From contig CAJOIX010000001.1 of the NCBI GenBank assembly GCA_905234815.1, positions 52,603 through 116,602 of the forward strand: 64,000 bases of DNA. The letters are read 5' to 3'. Under the pieces are notes generated by a model that was given only the letters and a program-made list of their open reading frames with translations, was not told the origin of the DNA and made no database searches. This stretch comes from an uncultured Prevotella sp. GTDB lineage: Bacteria; Bacteroidota; Bacteroidia; Bacteroidales; Bacteroidaceae. The stretch's first letter is position 1. Each line of letters opens with the position of its first letter. Shown in pieces: positions 47,278-57,747 of the stretch. Both the position numbers and the translations under genes were made by a program.

Positions 47278-47868
47278 ATGAAACATCCAGCCATCATAGT
47301 TCCCGAAGGACTGCACCGCGTTGTGCTCCACGCTTGTTGTGCCCCCTGCTCGTCGGCCATTGTAGAGTGGCTGGTGGCCCACGATATTGAGCCCACGATT
47401 TTCTATTTCAATCCAAACATCTACCCGCAGGAAGAATATATTCGCCGGAAGGATGAAAGCAAGCGCCATGCCGAGCAGTTATGCATACGGTGGATTGACG
47501 GCGATTACAACCATGAGGACTGGCGCTGCGGCATCAGCGGACTGGAGTCGGAACCCGAGCGTGGTGCCCGTTGCGAGCGCTGTTTCTCCCTTCGGTTGTT
47601 GGAAACGGCTAAACGTGCTAAATCGTTGGGTATCCGTCATTTCGCTACGACGCTGGCCTCGTCGCGCTGGAAAAGCCTGACCCAGATTGAACAGGCCGGC
47701 CAGTGGGCCGCCGCACAAGTGGAAGGCACAGAATTTTGGGCACAAAACTGGCGCAAGGGCGGACTTCAAGAGCGGAGAAATCAGTTGCTGCGCGAGTATA
47801 ATTTTTACAACCAACAGTATTGCGGATGCGAATTTTCTATGCCAAAAACTCTATTTCCGGACTCGTAA
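47278..47868 (+). CDS. queH: Epoxyqueuosine reductase QueH
   Basis: LHACCAPCS, YFNPNIYP, EPERGARCERC, YNQQYCGCEFS. Confidence 0.92.
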   Translation: MKHPAIIVPEGLHRVVLHACCAPCSSAIVEWLVAHDIEPTIFYFNPNIYPQEEYIRRKDESKRHAEQLCIRWIDGDYNHEDWRCGISGLESEPERGARCERCFSLRLLETAKRAKSLGIRHFATTLASSRWKSLTQIEQAGQWAAAQVEGTEFWAQNWRKGGLQERRNQLLREYNFYNQQYCGCEFSMPKTLFPDS

Positions 47869-47982
47869 ATGGCTGAAAACACACTTTTTAGAAAAAAAGT
47901 TTTGTCAGTTAAGGGAAAATGTATAATTTTGCACGCTGTTTGGAATATAAGCCAAAAAGAAAAACAAAAATACAGAATAAAG

Positions 47983-48246
47983 ATGTCAAAAGTTTGTCAA
48001 ATTACCGGTAAGAAGGCACAAATCGGCAACAATGTGTCTCACTCGAAGCACCGCACCAAGCGCTCCTTCGATGTTAACCTCTTCTCGAAGAAGTTCTATT
48101 ACGTGGAAGAGCAGTGTTGGATTAGTCTGAAGATCAGCGCCGCTGGTCTGCGTTTGATCAACAAGGTGGGTCTCGATGCAGCCCTCCGTCAAGCCGTAGC
48201 AAAAGGCTATGTTGATTGGAAAGACATTAAAGTTATAGGAGATTAA
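47983..48246 (+). CDS. rpmB: 50S ribosomal protein L28
   Basis: [20 protein letters not shown]. Confidence 0.97.
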   Translation: MSKVCQITGKKAQIGNNVSHSKHRTKRSFDVNLFSKKFYYVEEQCWISLKISAAGLRLINKVGLDAALRQAVAKGYVDWKDIKVIGD

Positions 48247-48252
48247 TGCATT

Positions 48253-48441
48253 ATGGCAAAGAAAGTTAAAGGAAATCGCGTGCAGGTGATTCTCGAATGC
48301 ACCGAGATGAAGGATAGCGGTCTGCCCGGAACCAGCCGTTATATCACAACCAAGAATCGTAAGAACACAGCCGAGCGCCTGGAGTTGAAAAAGTACAACC
48401 CCATCCTCAAGCGTATGACTGTGCACAAGGAAATCAAGTAA
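48253..48441 (+). CDS. rpmG: 50S ribosomal protein L33
   Basis: [27 protein letters not shown]. Confidence 0.97.
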   Translation: MAKKVKGNRVQVILECTEMKDSGLPGTSRYITTKNRKNTAERLELKKYNPILKRMTVHKEIK

Positions 48442-48473
48442 GAATCCCTAAGCTAAAATAAAGATATTAGACT

Positions 48474-48632
48474 ATGGCAAAGAAAGCGGTTGCTACCCTC
48501 CACGAAGGTTCGACGGACGGTCGCGCATATACAAAAGTAATCAAGATGGTTAAGAGCCCCAAGACTGGCGCTTACATCTTCGACGAGCAAATGGTGCCCA
48601 ACGAGGCAGTGAAAGATTTCTTTAAAAACTAA
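48474..48632 (+). CDS. DUF4295-like small protein (missing from the ORF track)
   Basis: MAKKAVATLHEGSTDGRAYTKVIKMVKSPKTGAYIFDEQMVPNEAVKDFFKN; usual position after rpmG in Bacteroidetes. Confidence 0.9.
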   Translation: MAKKAVATLHEGSTDGRAYTKVIKMVKSPKTGAYIFDEQMVPNEAVKDFFKN

Positions 48633-48667
48633 GAATCTTATACAATATACATTGTGTAATATATAAG

Positions 48668-48707
48668 AAAAAATCGCGAGCAGTAACCCTGTTCGCGATT
48701 TTTTTTT
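48668..48707 (+). terminator. Intrinsic terminator of the rpm operon
   Basis: AATCGCGAGCAG / CTGTTCGCGATT stem with T run. Confidence 0.88.
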
Positions 48708-48717
48708 GCCCGCTTTT

Positions 48718-48800
48718 CAAAAGCTATGCTTTTACGTTGCAAAAGCTATGCTTTCGGCCGCCAAAAGCTATGCTTTCAGAGAGCAAAAGCTATGCTTTTG
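48718..48800. repeat. 22-bp-period ladder, copy D (4 direct units)
   Basis: Units at 48719, 48741, 48763, 48785, all CTATG. Confidence 0.9.
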
Positions 48801-48855
48801 GAAAATCATTGTTTTTTTCTTTTTCATCTTGTGGCGAATTTGTATTTTTGCACTT

Positions 48856-49749
48856 ATGAAAAGACTCCCCCTATACACTCTGTTGATGGTCTGCGCGCTG
48901 CTCCTGACAAGCTGCGGCGGCTCATCGTATAAAGAGAAAGTTGCCCTCCGCAAAGAGCAGACCAAGGTGCAGCAGCGTTTAGAACAGAAGGCGCTCAAGA
49001 TTGGCATCACGCCCACGATCGACTGCCTCCCCGTGCTCGTGGCGCAGCAGGAAGGCTATCTCGTTGGTATGCCCGACAGTTTCCGCATACGGCTCATGCC
49101 GCTGGCCATTGAAATAGACCAAGCCCTTGTTCAAGGGAAACTCAATGTCGGTGTGAGCGATGTGAAGCGGCTGGAACGCGCCAATGCCAAACAGCAGCAG
49201 TTGCTCTCGCTCGGCAAGACCAATCTCTACTGGCTGCTCGTGGCCAGCAAGTCGTCGCGCATAAAAGAACCGCGGCAGTTGGGCGATAAGCTCGTCGGTA
49301 TGACCCGTTTCTCGGCCCTCGACTATCTGACCGATCGCGTCTTGGCCGACCATCCCACGAAAGAGGCCGTATATAAGATACAGGTGAACGACCCGATGCT
49401 TCGCCTGGAAATGCTGCACAACAGTGCCGTTGATGCGCTGTGGCTGCCCGAACCCCAAATCACAGCAGCCCGCCTTGCCGGTTATCCCGTACTTGCCGAT
49501 AGTCGCAAGTATGAGCAGCAACTCGCGCTCTTTGCAACCCGTGCAGCCGATTTGAAGCAAAGCACCCGCAGCGCACAGCTGCAACAATTCGTAGAGGCCT
49601 ACAACCGCGCCGCCGATTTGCTCAACAAGCAAGGCTGGAGCGCCTATGCACCGCTGATGAAAGAACAATTTAAAATCACGGATGCTGCGTTCGAAAAATT
49701 GCCCAAGTTCACTTTCACACACCTAACCGTTCGGCCCGATGCCCAGTAA
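48856..49749 (+). CDS. ABC-type substrate-binding lipoprotein (NMT1/SsuA-like)
   Basis: Lipobox LTSC; LKIGITPTIDCLP..VAQQEG, VDALWLPEP. Confidence 0.8.
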   Translation: MKRLPLYTLLMVCALLLTSCGGSSYKEKVALRKEQTKVQQRLEQKALKIGITPTIDCLPVLVAQQEGYLVGMPDSFRIRLMPLAIEIDQALVQGKLNVGVSDVKRLERANAKQQQLLSLGKTNLYWLLVASKSSRIKEPRQLGDKLVGMTRFSALDYLTDRVLADHPTKEAVYKIQVNDPMLRLEMLHNSAVDALWLPEPQITAARLAGYPVLADSRKYEQQLALFATRAADLKQSTRSAQLQQFVEAYNRAADLLNKQGWSAYAPLMKEQFKITDAAFEKLPKFTFTHLTVRPDAQ

Positions 49750-51910
49750 TCGATACAGTGCTCGGCTGCTGCCCGTCATTGCTATCGACCGACAGTTGGG
49801 CGCGGCCATTGAAACACTCCTCAAACATCTGCCGGCCACCGCGCCAGACGACCGGCGAGAAGCGCTCGACGAGGTGGTCGAAGCCTATCGGAATATGCAG
49901 CACTACTTCCGCGAAGGCATTGCCGATCCCGACCGGCAGCGCATTTACGTGCGGCTGCTGAGGAAAGTTTATACCATCGCCGCCGACAGCCTTTGGGAAG
50001 ACCGCGTGGCGCAGATGATCATCGCGCGACGGATGTACGGTTCAATGCCCCAACCGGGCAAGTCGCACTTTATTAACGCCGAACCGCTTGAGCGCTATGT
50101 GCAAGACCGCGCACTGCTTGCGCTGAATATCGGCAACACACAAACCACAGCCGAGCAGCTCTATTATCAGCACCACGACTATCTGAACCGATGCTTCATC
50201 GACACGCTGCTCATGCCCCAGTGGGACAATGCTCAGCTCGAAGCCTACTACAAGCTGATGCTCGCCAATACGATTGATGAATCCGACCGTGCCGTATTGC
50301 TCACAGCCGTGACCATCAATTGCATCAGTTCTTTCGATATACTCAAACTCCAACTGCTCTACAAGACTTATACTGCCATCGAGGAACCGCTCCTACGGTG
50401 CCGCGCCTTCATCGGATTGGCCCTCGCCTGGTCGCCCATGGCTCGGCTCTACGAGACCAATACCGAGATTGAAAACGCGCTCCGCTCCAATGCCGAAGCA
50501 CTTGTCGAACTGCTTCAGCTCATGATTCGTTCCAATCAGTCTGACCAGGATGCTGCAAAGATTCGAAATGAGATACTGCCCAACATCATTGAAGCACAAA
50601 AACAGGGCATCAACCTCATGGATATTGACGATTTGGAAGGTTCCTCGCTCAATGAAATTCTTGAACCCGAAAAGACCGAAGATACCATGAACCGGTTGGA
50701 GAACGGGATGCAGGAAATGGTAGATATGCTCAAAGGTGGTGCCGATATTTATTTCGGACAGTTTGCCCAAATGAAGCGTGGAGCATTCTTCGGCACATTG
50801 GGCAACATTGTAAACTGGTTTCTACCTTTCGATCCCGAACTACCACCGCTCAACGCGGCAGCAACAACACCTACGGGTAAGCAGGTGCTCCGGCTGCTCA
50901 GCCTTACGCCCACGTTCTGCGATAGCGATAAATATGCGCTGGCACTGAATATCAATCGCTTCATATCCATGCTGCCGGCCAATGCCGTGGAAGCGCTCTC
51001 ACAGATAGAAAATCTCGGCCCCATGGCTGCCGGCAGTGTATCATCATCGCCATTGATTGACCCAGGCTACGTGAAAGATCTCTACCGCTTCTTCCGACTC
51101 AACGATTTTAGAAAAGATTTCACCGACCCCTTCGACCTGTTCTATTTCGATACTTCGCTGGCTCACATCATCAGTCTGCTGCCTATCGAGCCCGACGGAA
51201 TCTTGTTCCAGCTCCTGCAGAAGTGCTATAAAGAAGGACTCTACGAATATCTCCACAGCTTTTTTCATCAGCACGCCGATACGCATATACTCTCGCTGGA
51301 ACTCCTGCGCGGGAAATATCTCATCGCAACAGGAAATAACAAAGCGGCGCGCGAGACCTTCGAGCAACTCTACGAAACTTATCTCACGCACCCACAAGTG
51401 ATGCTTGGATTGGCCTATGCCTATTTCCGCTGCCAGCAATATGAAAAAGCAGAACAGTTCTACACCGTTCTGCACCAGCAAATGCCCAGTCATTTGCGCA
51501 TTACCTATGCCCTCTGCCGCACTTGGCTCTACTTGGGGAAGGCCCAAGACGTGGTCAGTCTGCTCAGCGCCGTAGCCTATCAGCATCCCAAAGAAATAGC
51601 GGCCAAGCAGCTGCTGGCCCACGCCTATCTGCTACAAGCAAAACCGGCGCAAGCACAATCACTGCTTGCAGCCATAGCAGATGCCAATGAGTTTACAGAA
51701 TTTGATACGCTCTTGATGTCACTCTCCGAAGCGCTGCAAGGGCAGATAGCAGCTGCTCGGCAACGATTGCAGCAGAGCAGCCTTCAGCCCTCTGGACAAT
51801 ATGCCGCAGAGGTGAATGCAATACTCTCGGCCAATGGCAAGGACGACATTGAGCAGCGGCTACTCTTGGATGCGCTCAACACGAATTTACGCATCCTCGA
51901 TGGCGACTAA
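49739..51910 (+). CDS. TPR-containing hypothetical protein
   Basis: GIADPDR, GADIYFGQFAQMK, NWFLPF, FCDSDKY, YVKDLYRFFRL; C-terminal TPRs. Confidence 0.75.
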   Translation: MPSNRYSARLLPVIAIDRQLGAAIETLLKHLPATAPDDRREALDEVVEAYRNMQHYFREGIADPDRQRIYVRLLRKVYTIAADSLWEDRVAQMIIARRMYGSMPQPGKSHFINAEPLERYVQDRALLALNIGNTQTTAEQLYYQHHDYLNRCFIDTLLMPQWDNAQLEAYYKLMLANTIDESDRAVLLTAVTINCISSFDILKLQLLYKTYTAIEEPLLRCRAFIGLALAWSPMARLYETNTEIENALRSNAEALVELLQLMIRSNQSDQDAAKIRNEILPNIIEAQKQGINLMDIDDLEGSSLNEILEPEKTEDTMNRLENGMQEMVDMLKGGADIYFGQFAQMKRGAFFGTLGNIVNWFLPFDPELPPLNAAATTPTGKQVLRLLSLTPTFCDSDKYALALNINRFISMLPANAVEALSQIENLGPMAAGSVSSSPLIDPGYVKDLYRFFRLNDFRKDFTDPFDLFYFDTSLAHIISLLPIEPDGILFQLLQKCYKEGLYEYLHSFFHQHADTHILSLELLRGKYLIATGNNKAARETFEQLYETYLTHPQVMLGLAYAYFRCQQYEKAEQFYTVLHQQMPSHLRITYALCRTWLYLGKAQDVVSLLSAVAYQHPKEIAAKQLLAHAYLLQAKPAQAQSLLAAIADANEFTEFDTLLMSLSEALQGQIAAARQRLQQSSLQPSGQYAAEVNAILSANGKDDIEQRLLLDALNTNLRILDGD

Positions 51911-52845
51911 GCGGGTATAATAAAGTTGATTTCTTCCTGCTCTACGCGGATAGTGAACGGCACCCGCGGGGCATTCATCAAGCGGCCGTCTATGCTCACC
52001 AGCGCGTGTTTTGCCTTTTCGATGGTGAGTTCACGTGTGCGATATGGGTGCACACTCTTGTGGTTTAAGAACTTGCCCCGAATGAACAAATAGATACCCT
52101 CAAAGAGTTGCATCATTTCAGGGTGGTACACCACCGACACATCCAACAATCCGTTATAGGGAACAGCATTTGGAGTCTGCCCATATCCTTGGGCATTGCC
52201 AATGCAGACGGTCATTACGCGTCGCTCAATCTTCTCGGTATCGATGAGTATCCGCATCTTGTAGTCCAGCCGTTGGAAAATCATCAGGATGAATGAGAAG
52301 AAGAACGACAAAGTGCGCGAACCGAAATAATGGCGCGTTTGCCGGCGGAGGTTCATGATTGTAGCCACGAGTCCAATGTTCACACAATTCAGAAAATAGC
52401 GGTGCGAAGGCTCACCATTGCTGCTGGTGTAGTTGATTCGTCCTACGTCGATGCGGCGGATGCGTCTCTTCTGCAGCCAAGTGATGGCCTCTTCTATATC
52501 GTCATCGTGGAAACCCCAGAAGTGAGCAAAGTCGTTCATCAGTCCATTGGGAATCACGCCGAGTGCAATCTCATTGCGTACGCTGCGCTCTGTTTGCATC
52601 AGACAGTTCACGGCATCGTTCAACGCAGAGTCGCCGCCCACAATCACAATGGTTTTATAGCCATTGTTGATGAGCATTTTCACCAATCGTTCTACACTTC
52701 CCATGCTTTCGCTCTGCACGTGGTCGTAAGCGATATTGTGGGCTTTCAGTGCTGTTTCAATCTTTTCCCAGCGTTTGCCCGACTGAAACCAGCCATTGCG
52801 TGGGCAATACAGGATACCCCAGCGGTTGTCTTGTTCTGTGTTCAT
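51907..52845 (-). CDS. Diacylglycerol/lipid kinase family protein
   Basis: IVGGDSALNDAVN, IPNGLMNDFA, IDVG, GLLDV, IDG. Confidence 0.88.
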   Translation of the reverse strand: MNTEQDNRWGILYCPRNGWFQSGKRWEKIETALKAHNIAYDHVQSESMGSVERLVKMLINNGYKTIVIVGGDSALNDAVNCLMQTERSVRNEIALGVIPNGLMNDFAHFWGFHDDDIEEAITWLQKRRIRRIDVGRINYTSSNGEPSHRYFLNCVNIGLVATIMNLRRQTRHYFGSRTLSFFFSFILMIFQRLDYKMRILIDTEKIERRVMTVCIGNAQGYGQTPNAVPYNGLLDVSVVYHPEMMQLFEGIYLFIRGKFLNHKSVHPYRTRELTIEKAKHALVSIDGRLMNAPRVPFTIRVEQEEINFIIPA

Positions 52846-53756
52846 TGTTGAGTGATGGTGAGTATTTGGTTGATTTTTTCCTCCGTTGGGAGCGTGGCGT
52901 CAATCCAGTGGATGGTGAATCCGCGTCGCTCCATGCCGCGAAACCATGTCATCTGTCGCTTTGCAAACTGATGAATGGCGATTTCCAGTTGGCGGAACAT
53001 CTCGTCGAACGAGAGTTTGCCTATGATGTGCAGCGTGAGGTATTTATATTCGAGACCGTAGTAAATCAAATCTTCGGCAGCAATGCCTTGTTTGAGCAGT
53101 TGCCGGATTTCATCGAGCATCCCGTTGTCGAGTCGTTGTCGCAGGCGGGTTGTGATTTTCTCGCGGCGCAATTCGCGGTCAATGTTCACTCCGAAGATGC
53201 TGCTTTCCACGGCGGGCAACTCCCGTTCAGGCAGTGGATGCAGTGCGTTGTACTGTTCAATCTCTATGGCACGGATGGCGCGTTGTGCTGTATCTACATC
53301 GGTGCGGTTGTGCATTGTCGTGCCGTTCTTTTCTTTCAGCGCAACCAGCATCTGTGTGAGTTCCTCCAGCGATTTGCCTTCCAGTTCCTGTCGCAGCGCG
53401 TCGTTTTGCGGCACGGGCGATAGGTGGTAGCCTTTCAGCACGGCTTCAATATAGAGTCCTGTGCCTCCGCAGAGTATGGGTTGCACCCCGCGGGCATTGA
53501 TGTCAGTGTAGGCATCGAAGAAATCTTGCTGATATTGGAAGAGATTATACTTCGTTCCTGGCTCGCAGATGTTTATGAGATGATATGGCACACCATCGTA
53601 TTCGCTCAGATCTTTCCCTGTGCCGAGATCCATCTGTCGATAGATTTGCCGCGAATCTGCACTCAGTATCTCGCCGCCCAGCCGTTTGGCCAGTGCCACA
53701 GCAAGCGTTGTTTTTCCGCTGGCAGTAGGTCCGAGTATGGTGATGAGCCGTTTCAT
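52842..53756 (-). CDS. miaA: tRNA dimethylallyltransferase
   Basis: GPTASGKT, SADSRQIY..DLGTGK, GGTGLY, FAKRQMTWF. Confidence 0.95.
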   Translation of the reverse strand: MKRLITILGPTASGKTTLAVALAKRLGGEILSADSRQIYRQMDLGTGKDLSEYDGVPYHLINICEPGTKYNLFQYQQDFFDAYTDINARGVQPILCGGTGLYIEAVLKGYHLSPVPQNDALRQELEGKSLEELTQMLVALKEKNGTTMHNRTDVDTAQRAIRAIEIEQYNALHPLPERELPAVESSIFGVNIDRELRREKITTRLRQRLDNGMLDEIRQLLKQGIAAEDLIYYGLEYKYLTLHIIGKLSFDEMFRQLEIAIHQFAKRQMTWFRGMERRGFTIHWIDATLPTEEKINQILTITQQ

Positions 53757-53787
53757 CTATCGGCAAAGATACGAATTTATGGAGAAA

Positions 53788-53828
53788 TAAAAAAAAGAAT
53801 GTCCTCCACATTTCTGCAGAGGACATTC
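53788..53828 (-). terminator. Intrinsic terminator of gap
   Basis: GAATGTCCTC / GAGGACATTC stem, T tail on the minus strand. Confidence 0.85.
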
Positions 53829-53852
53829 CAATATTTTGCTTTAGCAATTATC

Positions 53853-54878
53853 TTACTTCAGCTCTGCGAGGTACTTAATGGTGCGAACCATCTGAGAAGT
53901 GTAAGAGTTCTCATTGTCGTACCAAGCAACTACCTGTACGAGAGAGTTGCCGTCGCCAATCTTGCTTACCATGGTCTGGTTAGCGTCGAAGAGCGAACCG
54001 AACTTCATACCGATGATGTCGGAAGAAACGAGCTTCTCTTCAGTGTAGCCGAAGCTTTCGTTGGCAGCAGCCTTCATGGCAGCGTTGATGTCCTCAACAG
54101 CTACTTCACCCTTAACAACAGCGTGCAGGATGGTGGTAGAACCTGTGGGAGTAGGAACGCGCTGAGCAGCACCGATGAGTTTGCCGTTCAGTTCGGGGAT
54201 AACCAGGCCGATAGCCTTAGCAGCACCGGTAGAGTTGGGCACGATGTTCTGAGCACCGGCACGAGCGCGCTGCAGGTCACCCTTGCGCTGAGGACCATCG
54301 AGAATCATCTGGTCGCCAGTGTAAGCGTGTACAGTGGTCATGATACCGCTCTGGATAGGAGCAAAGTCGTTCAGGGCTTTGGTCATAGGAGCCAAGCAGT
54401 TGGTGGTGCAAGAAGCTGCAGAAATAACTGTATCGGCAGGTGTCAGGGTCTTGTGGTTCACATTGTAAACGATGGTGGGCAGGTCGTTGCCGGCAGGAGC
54501 CGAGATAACAACTTTCTTAGCACCAGCCTGAATGTGAGCAGAAGCCTTTTCCTTAGAGGTGTAGAAACCTGTGCACTCGAGCACTACGTCAACACCCAGC
54601 TCGCCCCAAGGCAGTTCAGCAGCGTTGGGCTTTGCATAGATGGTAATCTTCTTACCGTCAACAACGATGAAGTCTTCGCCAGCTTCAACAGTGTGCTTGT
54701 TTTCGCCGAACTTGCCGCAGAAGCCACCCTGAGCGGTGTCGTACTTCAGCAGGTGAGCCAACATCTTAGGGTTGGTCAGGTCGTTGATAGCTACTACTTC
54801 GTAACCTTCAGCTTCAAACATCTGACGGAATGCAAGACGACCGATACGGCCGAAACCGTTAATTGCAATTTTAATCAT
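53853..54878 (-). CDS. gap: Glyceraldehyde-3-phosphate dehydrogenase
   Basis: [31 protein letters not shown]. Confidence 0.98.
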   Translation of the reverse strand: MIKIAINGFGRIGRLAFRQMFEAEGYEVVAINDLTNPKMLAHLLKYDTAQGGFCGKFGENKHTVEAGEDFIVVDGKKITIYAKPNAAELPWGELGVDVVLECTGFYTSKEKASAHIQAGAKKVVISAPAGNDLPTIVYNVNHKTLTPADTVISAASCTTNCLAPMTKALNDFAPIQSGIMTTVHAYTGDQMILDGPQRKGDLQRARAGAQNIVPNSTGAAKAIGLVIPELNGKLIGAAQRVPTPTGSTTILHAVVKGEVAVEDINAAMKAAANESFGYTEEKLVSSDIIGMKFGSLFDANQTMVSKIGDGNSLVQVVAWYDNENSYTSQMVRTIKYLAELK

Positions 54879-55042
54879 GATTTTTTTGTTTTAGTTTATG
54901 TTTATAAAAAAGAATTTAAAAAAGTTTTTCTGGCTTTCGCACGCAAAATTACAAAGATTTTCTATATTTGCAAAAACATTCATACAGATATTTCGCATTA
55001 TTAAATAAAAGTTTTATTTAAATCAATTAAAAAATCAGAATT

Positions 55043-55435
55043 ATGAGTTTCGCTAAAGAATTTAAAGAGTTTGCCATGAAGGGCAATGTACTTGACATGG
55101 CAGTCGGTGTAATCATTGGTGGTGCCTTTGGCAAAATCGTTTCAAGCTTGGTTGATGACATCATCATGCCGCTCGTAAGTGTTGTTACTGGCAATGTTGA
55201 TTTCACCACGCTGGCCGTTGAGTTTGGCGAAGGTGATTTTGCTGCTAAGCTGACTTATGGCAATTTTATTCAGAACGTGGTTGATTTCTTGATTGTGGCC
55301 TTCTGTATTTTCTGCTGCATCAAGGCTATCAACAAGCTGAAGAAGCCCGAAGCTCCTGCAGAACCTGAGGCTCCTGCCGGTCCTACACAGGAAGAGTTGC
55401 TGGCCGAAATTCGCGACTTGCTTGCCAAGAAGTAA
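55043..55435 (+). CDS. mscL: Large-conductance mechanosensitive channel
   Basis: [41 protein letters not shown]. Confidence 0.97.
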   Translation: MSFAKEFKEFAMKGNVLDMAVGVIIGGAFGKIVSSLVDDIIMPLVSVVTGNVDFTTLAVEFGEGDFAAKLTYGNFIQNVVDFLIVAFCIFCCIKAINKLKKPEAPAEPEAPAGPTQEELLAEIRDLLAKK

Positions 55436-55477
55436 GAAATTTTTAGTCTCCCTAATTTGTTGGGGAGCGATTGAGAA

Positions 55478-55523
55478 AAACAAATCAGAGCGGATTCTTT
55501 TTTTAGAGTCCGCTCTGATTGTT
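55478..55523. terminator. Bidirectional terminator between convergent mscL and murU-like genes
   Basis: AATCAGAGCGGATTCT / AGAGTCCGCTCTGATT stem. Confidence 0.8.
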
Positions 55524-56285
55524 TATATCTGCCAGAAATTTCTGGGCTTCGTGCAGGGTGTTGAGTTTGCCCACATCGAGGAGCCGGAGGTTGTCCAGCG
55601 GCAGGGCTTTGATGCGCGCTGTGGCACATTCCTGCAGGTAGAAGTCGATGATGGGGAAGCGCTCTGGGTAGTTACTCATGCGCTCAAGGAGTGTGGGCGA
55701 GATGACGTGTATGCCGCTGAAGGCGAATCGCATTGTGTTGTCCTGCTCTTGCAGTTGAGGACGAGTGGGCTGGGCGGCAATGGGACCACGCACTTCGCCG
55801 GTCTGTATGTTGGTCCAGCCTACGAGGTTTCGCTCTGGGGTGAAGAGCAGGTATCGGCTGGTTTCCCGTTGACTCACCACCAGCAGGGCGTCGCTGTCGG
55901 CTGCGGCTTGGTAGGTGGCGGCCAAATCGATGTTGCTCAGAATATCTACATTGTGTATCAGCACGGGGCGTTCAGGGTCGAACAAGGGAATGGCCTTTTT
56001 TATGCCGCCGCCTGTTTCGAGCAGCATTTCGCGTTCGTCGCTCACGCTGATGTCGAGTCCAAAGTTTTGGTGCTCGGAAAGAAAGTCAATAATCTGCTCG
56101 GCAAAGTGGTGCACATTGACCACGATGCGGGTGAATCCTGCACGGGCCAGCTTCTCGATTACGTGCTGCAGGAGCGGTTTCCTGCCGACGGGCACGAGCG
56201 CTTTGGGCATCCGGTCTGTCAGCGGCCGCAGGCGTGTGCCGAGCCCAGCGGCGAAAATCATGGCCTGGTTTGTTTGATTATGCAT
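55503..56285 (-). CDS. Nucleotidyltransferase, MurU-like
   Basis: AMIFAAGLGTRLRPLTDRMPKALV, LLETGGGI, HNVDI, DVGK. Confidence 0.85.
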   Translation of the reverse strand: MHNQTNQAMIFAAGLGTRLRPLTDRMPKALVPVGRKPLLQHVIEKLARAGFTRIVVNVHHFAEQIIDFLSEHQNFGLDISVSDEREMLLETGGGIKKAIPLFDPERPVLIHNVDILSNIDLAATYQAAADSDALLVVSQRETSRYLLFTPERNLVGWTNIQTGEVRGPIAAQPTRPQLQEQDNTMRFAFSGIHVISPTLLERMSNYPERFPIIDFYLQECATARIKALPLDNLRLLDVGKLNTLHEAQKFLADINNQSGL

Positions 56286-56295
56286 GATGTGTTGT

Positions 56296-57744
56296 TCAGA
56301 GTTGTGTGGTGATGCCTTGTTCGCGGTGGTTGATGATTACATCCACGCCGTATTTCTTGTGCAGATACCGCCCTACGTGCTCTGCACAATAGACTGAGCG
56401 GTGCTGCCCGCCTGTGCAGCCGAAGGAAATCATCAGCGAGGTGAAGCCGCGCTGGAGGAATCGCTCCACGTGGTGGCTCACCAGCGGATAGACATGATCG
56501 AGGAAGGAGAGGATTTCACCGTCGCGCTCGAGAAAATCAACGACTGGTTGGTCCAGACCCGTGAGTTGCTTGAATGGCTCATAGCGCCCCGGGTTGTGGG
56601 TGCTGCGGCAGTCGAAGACATATCCGCCGCCATTGCCGCTCTCGTCGGCGGGAATCCCTTTTTTGAACGAGAACGAGTTGACGCGCACCGTGAGTTTCCC
56701 GCCGGCGGAGGTGGGCTGGGGCAGATTTTCCTGCGCCGCCGTCGGTTCGGAAGGCTTGGTCTGTTCCGGCGATTTGAGTTCGGTTAGGACTTGCTGCAGT
56801 TCGGGGTAGGGTGCAAACACGCCTGTTTGGAGCAGTTCGGCCAGGTTGCGCAGGGCAGGGGGGATGCTCTCAATGAAATAGGGCTTCCGCTCAAAATAGC
56901 CGCGATAGCCGTAGGCGCCCAGCACTTGCAGCAATCGGAAGGCAACAACGAGTTGCAGTTCCCGCTCAAAGGTTTCGCGCAGTGGCGGTGTGGTGAGTGT
57001 GGCGAGCTCGTTGTAATAGACGCTGATGAGGTGCTGCCGTTCTTCGTTGGTGAATCCTGCCGATGCTTGCCAGAGGAAGGAGGCCAAGTCGTAGTGAAGT
57101 GGCCCGCGGCGGCCGCCCTGATAGTCAATCAGCAGTGGCTGCCCATCGGGCGAGAGCATGACATTGCGCGACTGGAAATCGCGATACATAAACGCGTTGG
57201 CAGGCAGCTGTAGCAGCGCATCGGCCAAGCGGCAGAAATCTTGCTCCAGGCGCGACTCGTTGAAATCGGCGCCCGAGGGTTTCAGAAAGCAGTATTTGAA
57301 ATAGTTGAGGTCGAAGAAGATGCTTTCTCTGTCGAATGTCGGCTTGGGATAGCAGACAGTCCAGTCCAACCCTTCCGCCCCTTCTATTTGTATGTGGGGC
57401 AGGAGCCGGATGGTGCGTTCGAGCAGCAGTGGCAACTCAGGCGTGCGGCTTTTGATTTGTTCATGTAGCGAGCGGGTGCCGAGATCGGAGAGCAGGTAGC
57501 GCATACCATCGTCGCTCACGGCCAAGACTTCAGCCACGGGCAGATGCTTTTCGCGGAAATGGCGGGTCAGATAAAGAAAGGCCTGATTCTCTTCGCGACT
57601 GGTGCCCCGAACGCCTATGACCGATTGCCCTTGCCTGTTGAAGAACCGCACGTACTGGCGGTTGCTGCCAGCCTGTGTCAGCGGCTCGATGTCGCGTGCA
57701 TCGGCGCCGCTCCATGTGCGATAAAGAGTTTTGAGGAGTTCCAT
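56296..57744 (-). CDS. AmgK-like APH phosphotransferase fused to a RapZ C-terminal-like domain
   Basis: AGSNRQYVR, YRDFQSRNVM, IDYQGGRRGP, YDLASFL; C-term SFSFKKGIP, VFDCR..NP, FGCTGGQHRSV. Confidence 0.88.
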   Translation of the reverse strand: MELLKTLYRTWSGADARDIEPLTQAGSNRQYVRFFNRQGQSVIGVRGTSREENQAFLYLTRHFREKHLPVAEVLAVSDDGMRYLLSDLGTRSLHEQIKSRTPELPLLLERTIRLLPHIQIEGAEGLDWTVCYPKPTFDRESIFFDLNYFKYCFLKPSGADFNESRLEQDFCRLADALLQLPANAFMYRDFQSRNVMLSPDGQPLLIDYQGGRRGPLHYDLASFLWQASAGFTNEERQHLISVYYNELATLTTPPLRETFERELQLVVAFRLLQVLGAYGYRGYFERKPYFIESIPPALRNLAELLQTGVFAPYPELQQVLTELKSPEQTKPSEPTAAQENLPQPTSAGGKLTVRVNSFSFKKGIPADESGNGGGYVFDCRSTHNPGRYEPFKQLTGLDQPVVDFLERDGEILSFLDHVYPLVSHHVERFLQRGFTSLMISFGCTGGQHRSVYCAEHVGRYLHKKYGVDVIINHREQGITTQL

Positions 57745-57747
57745 CGG

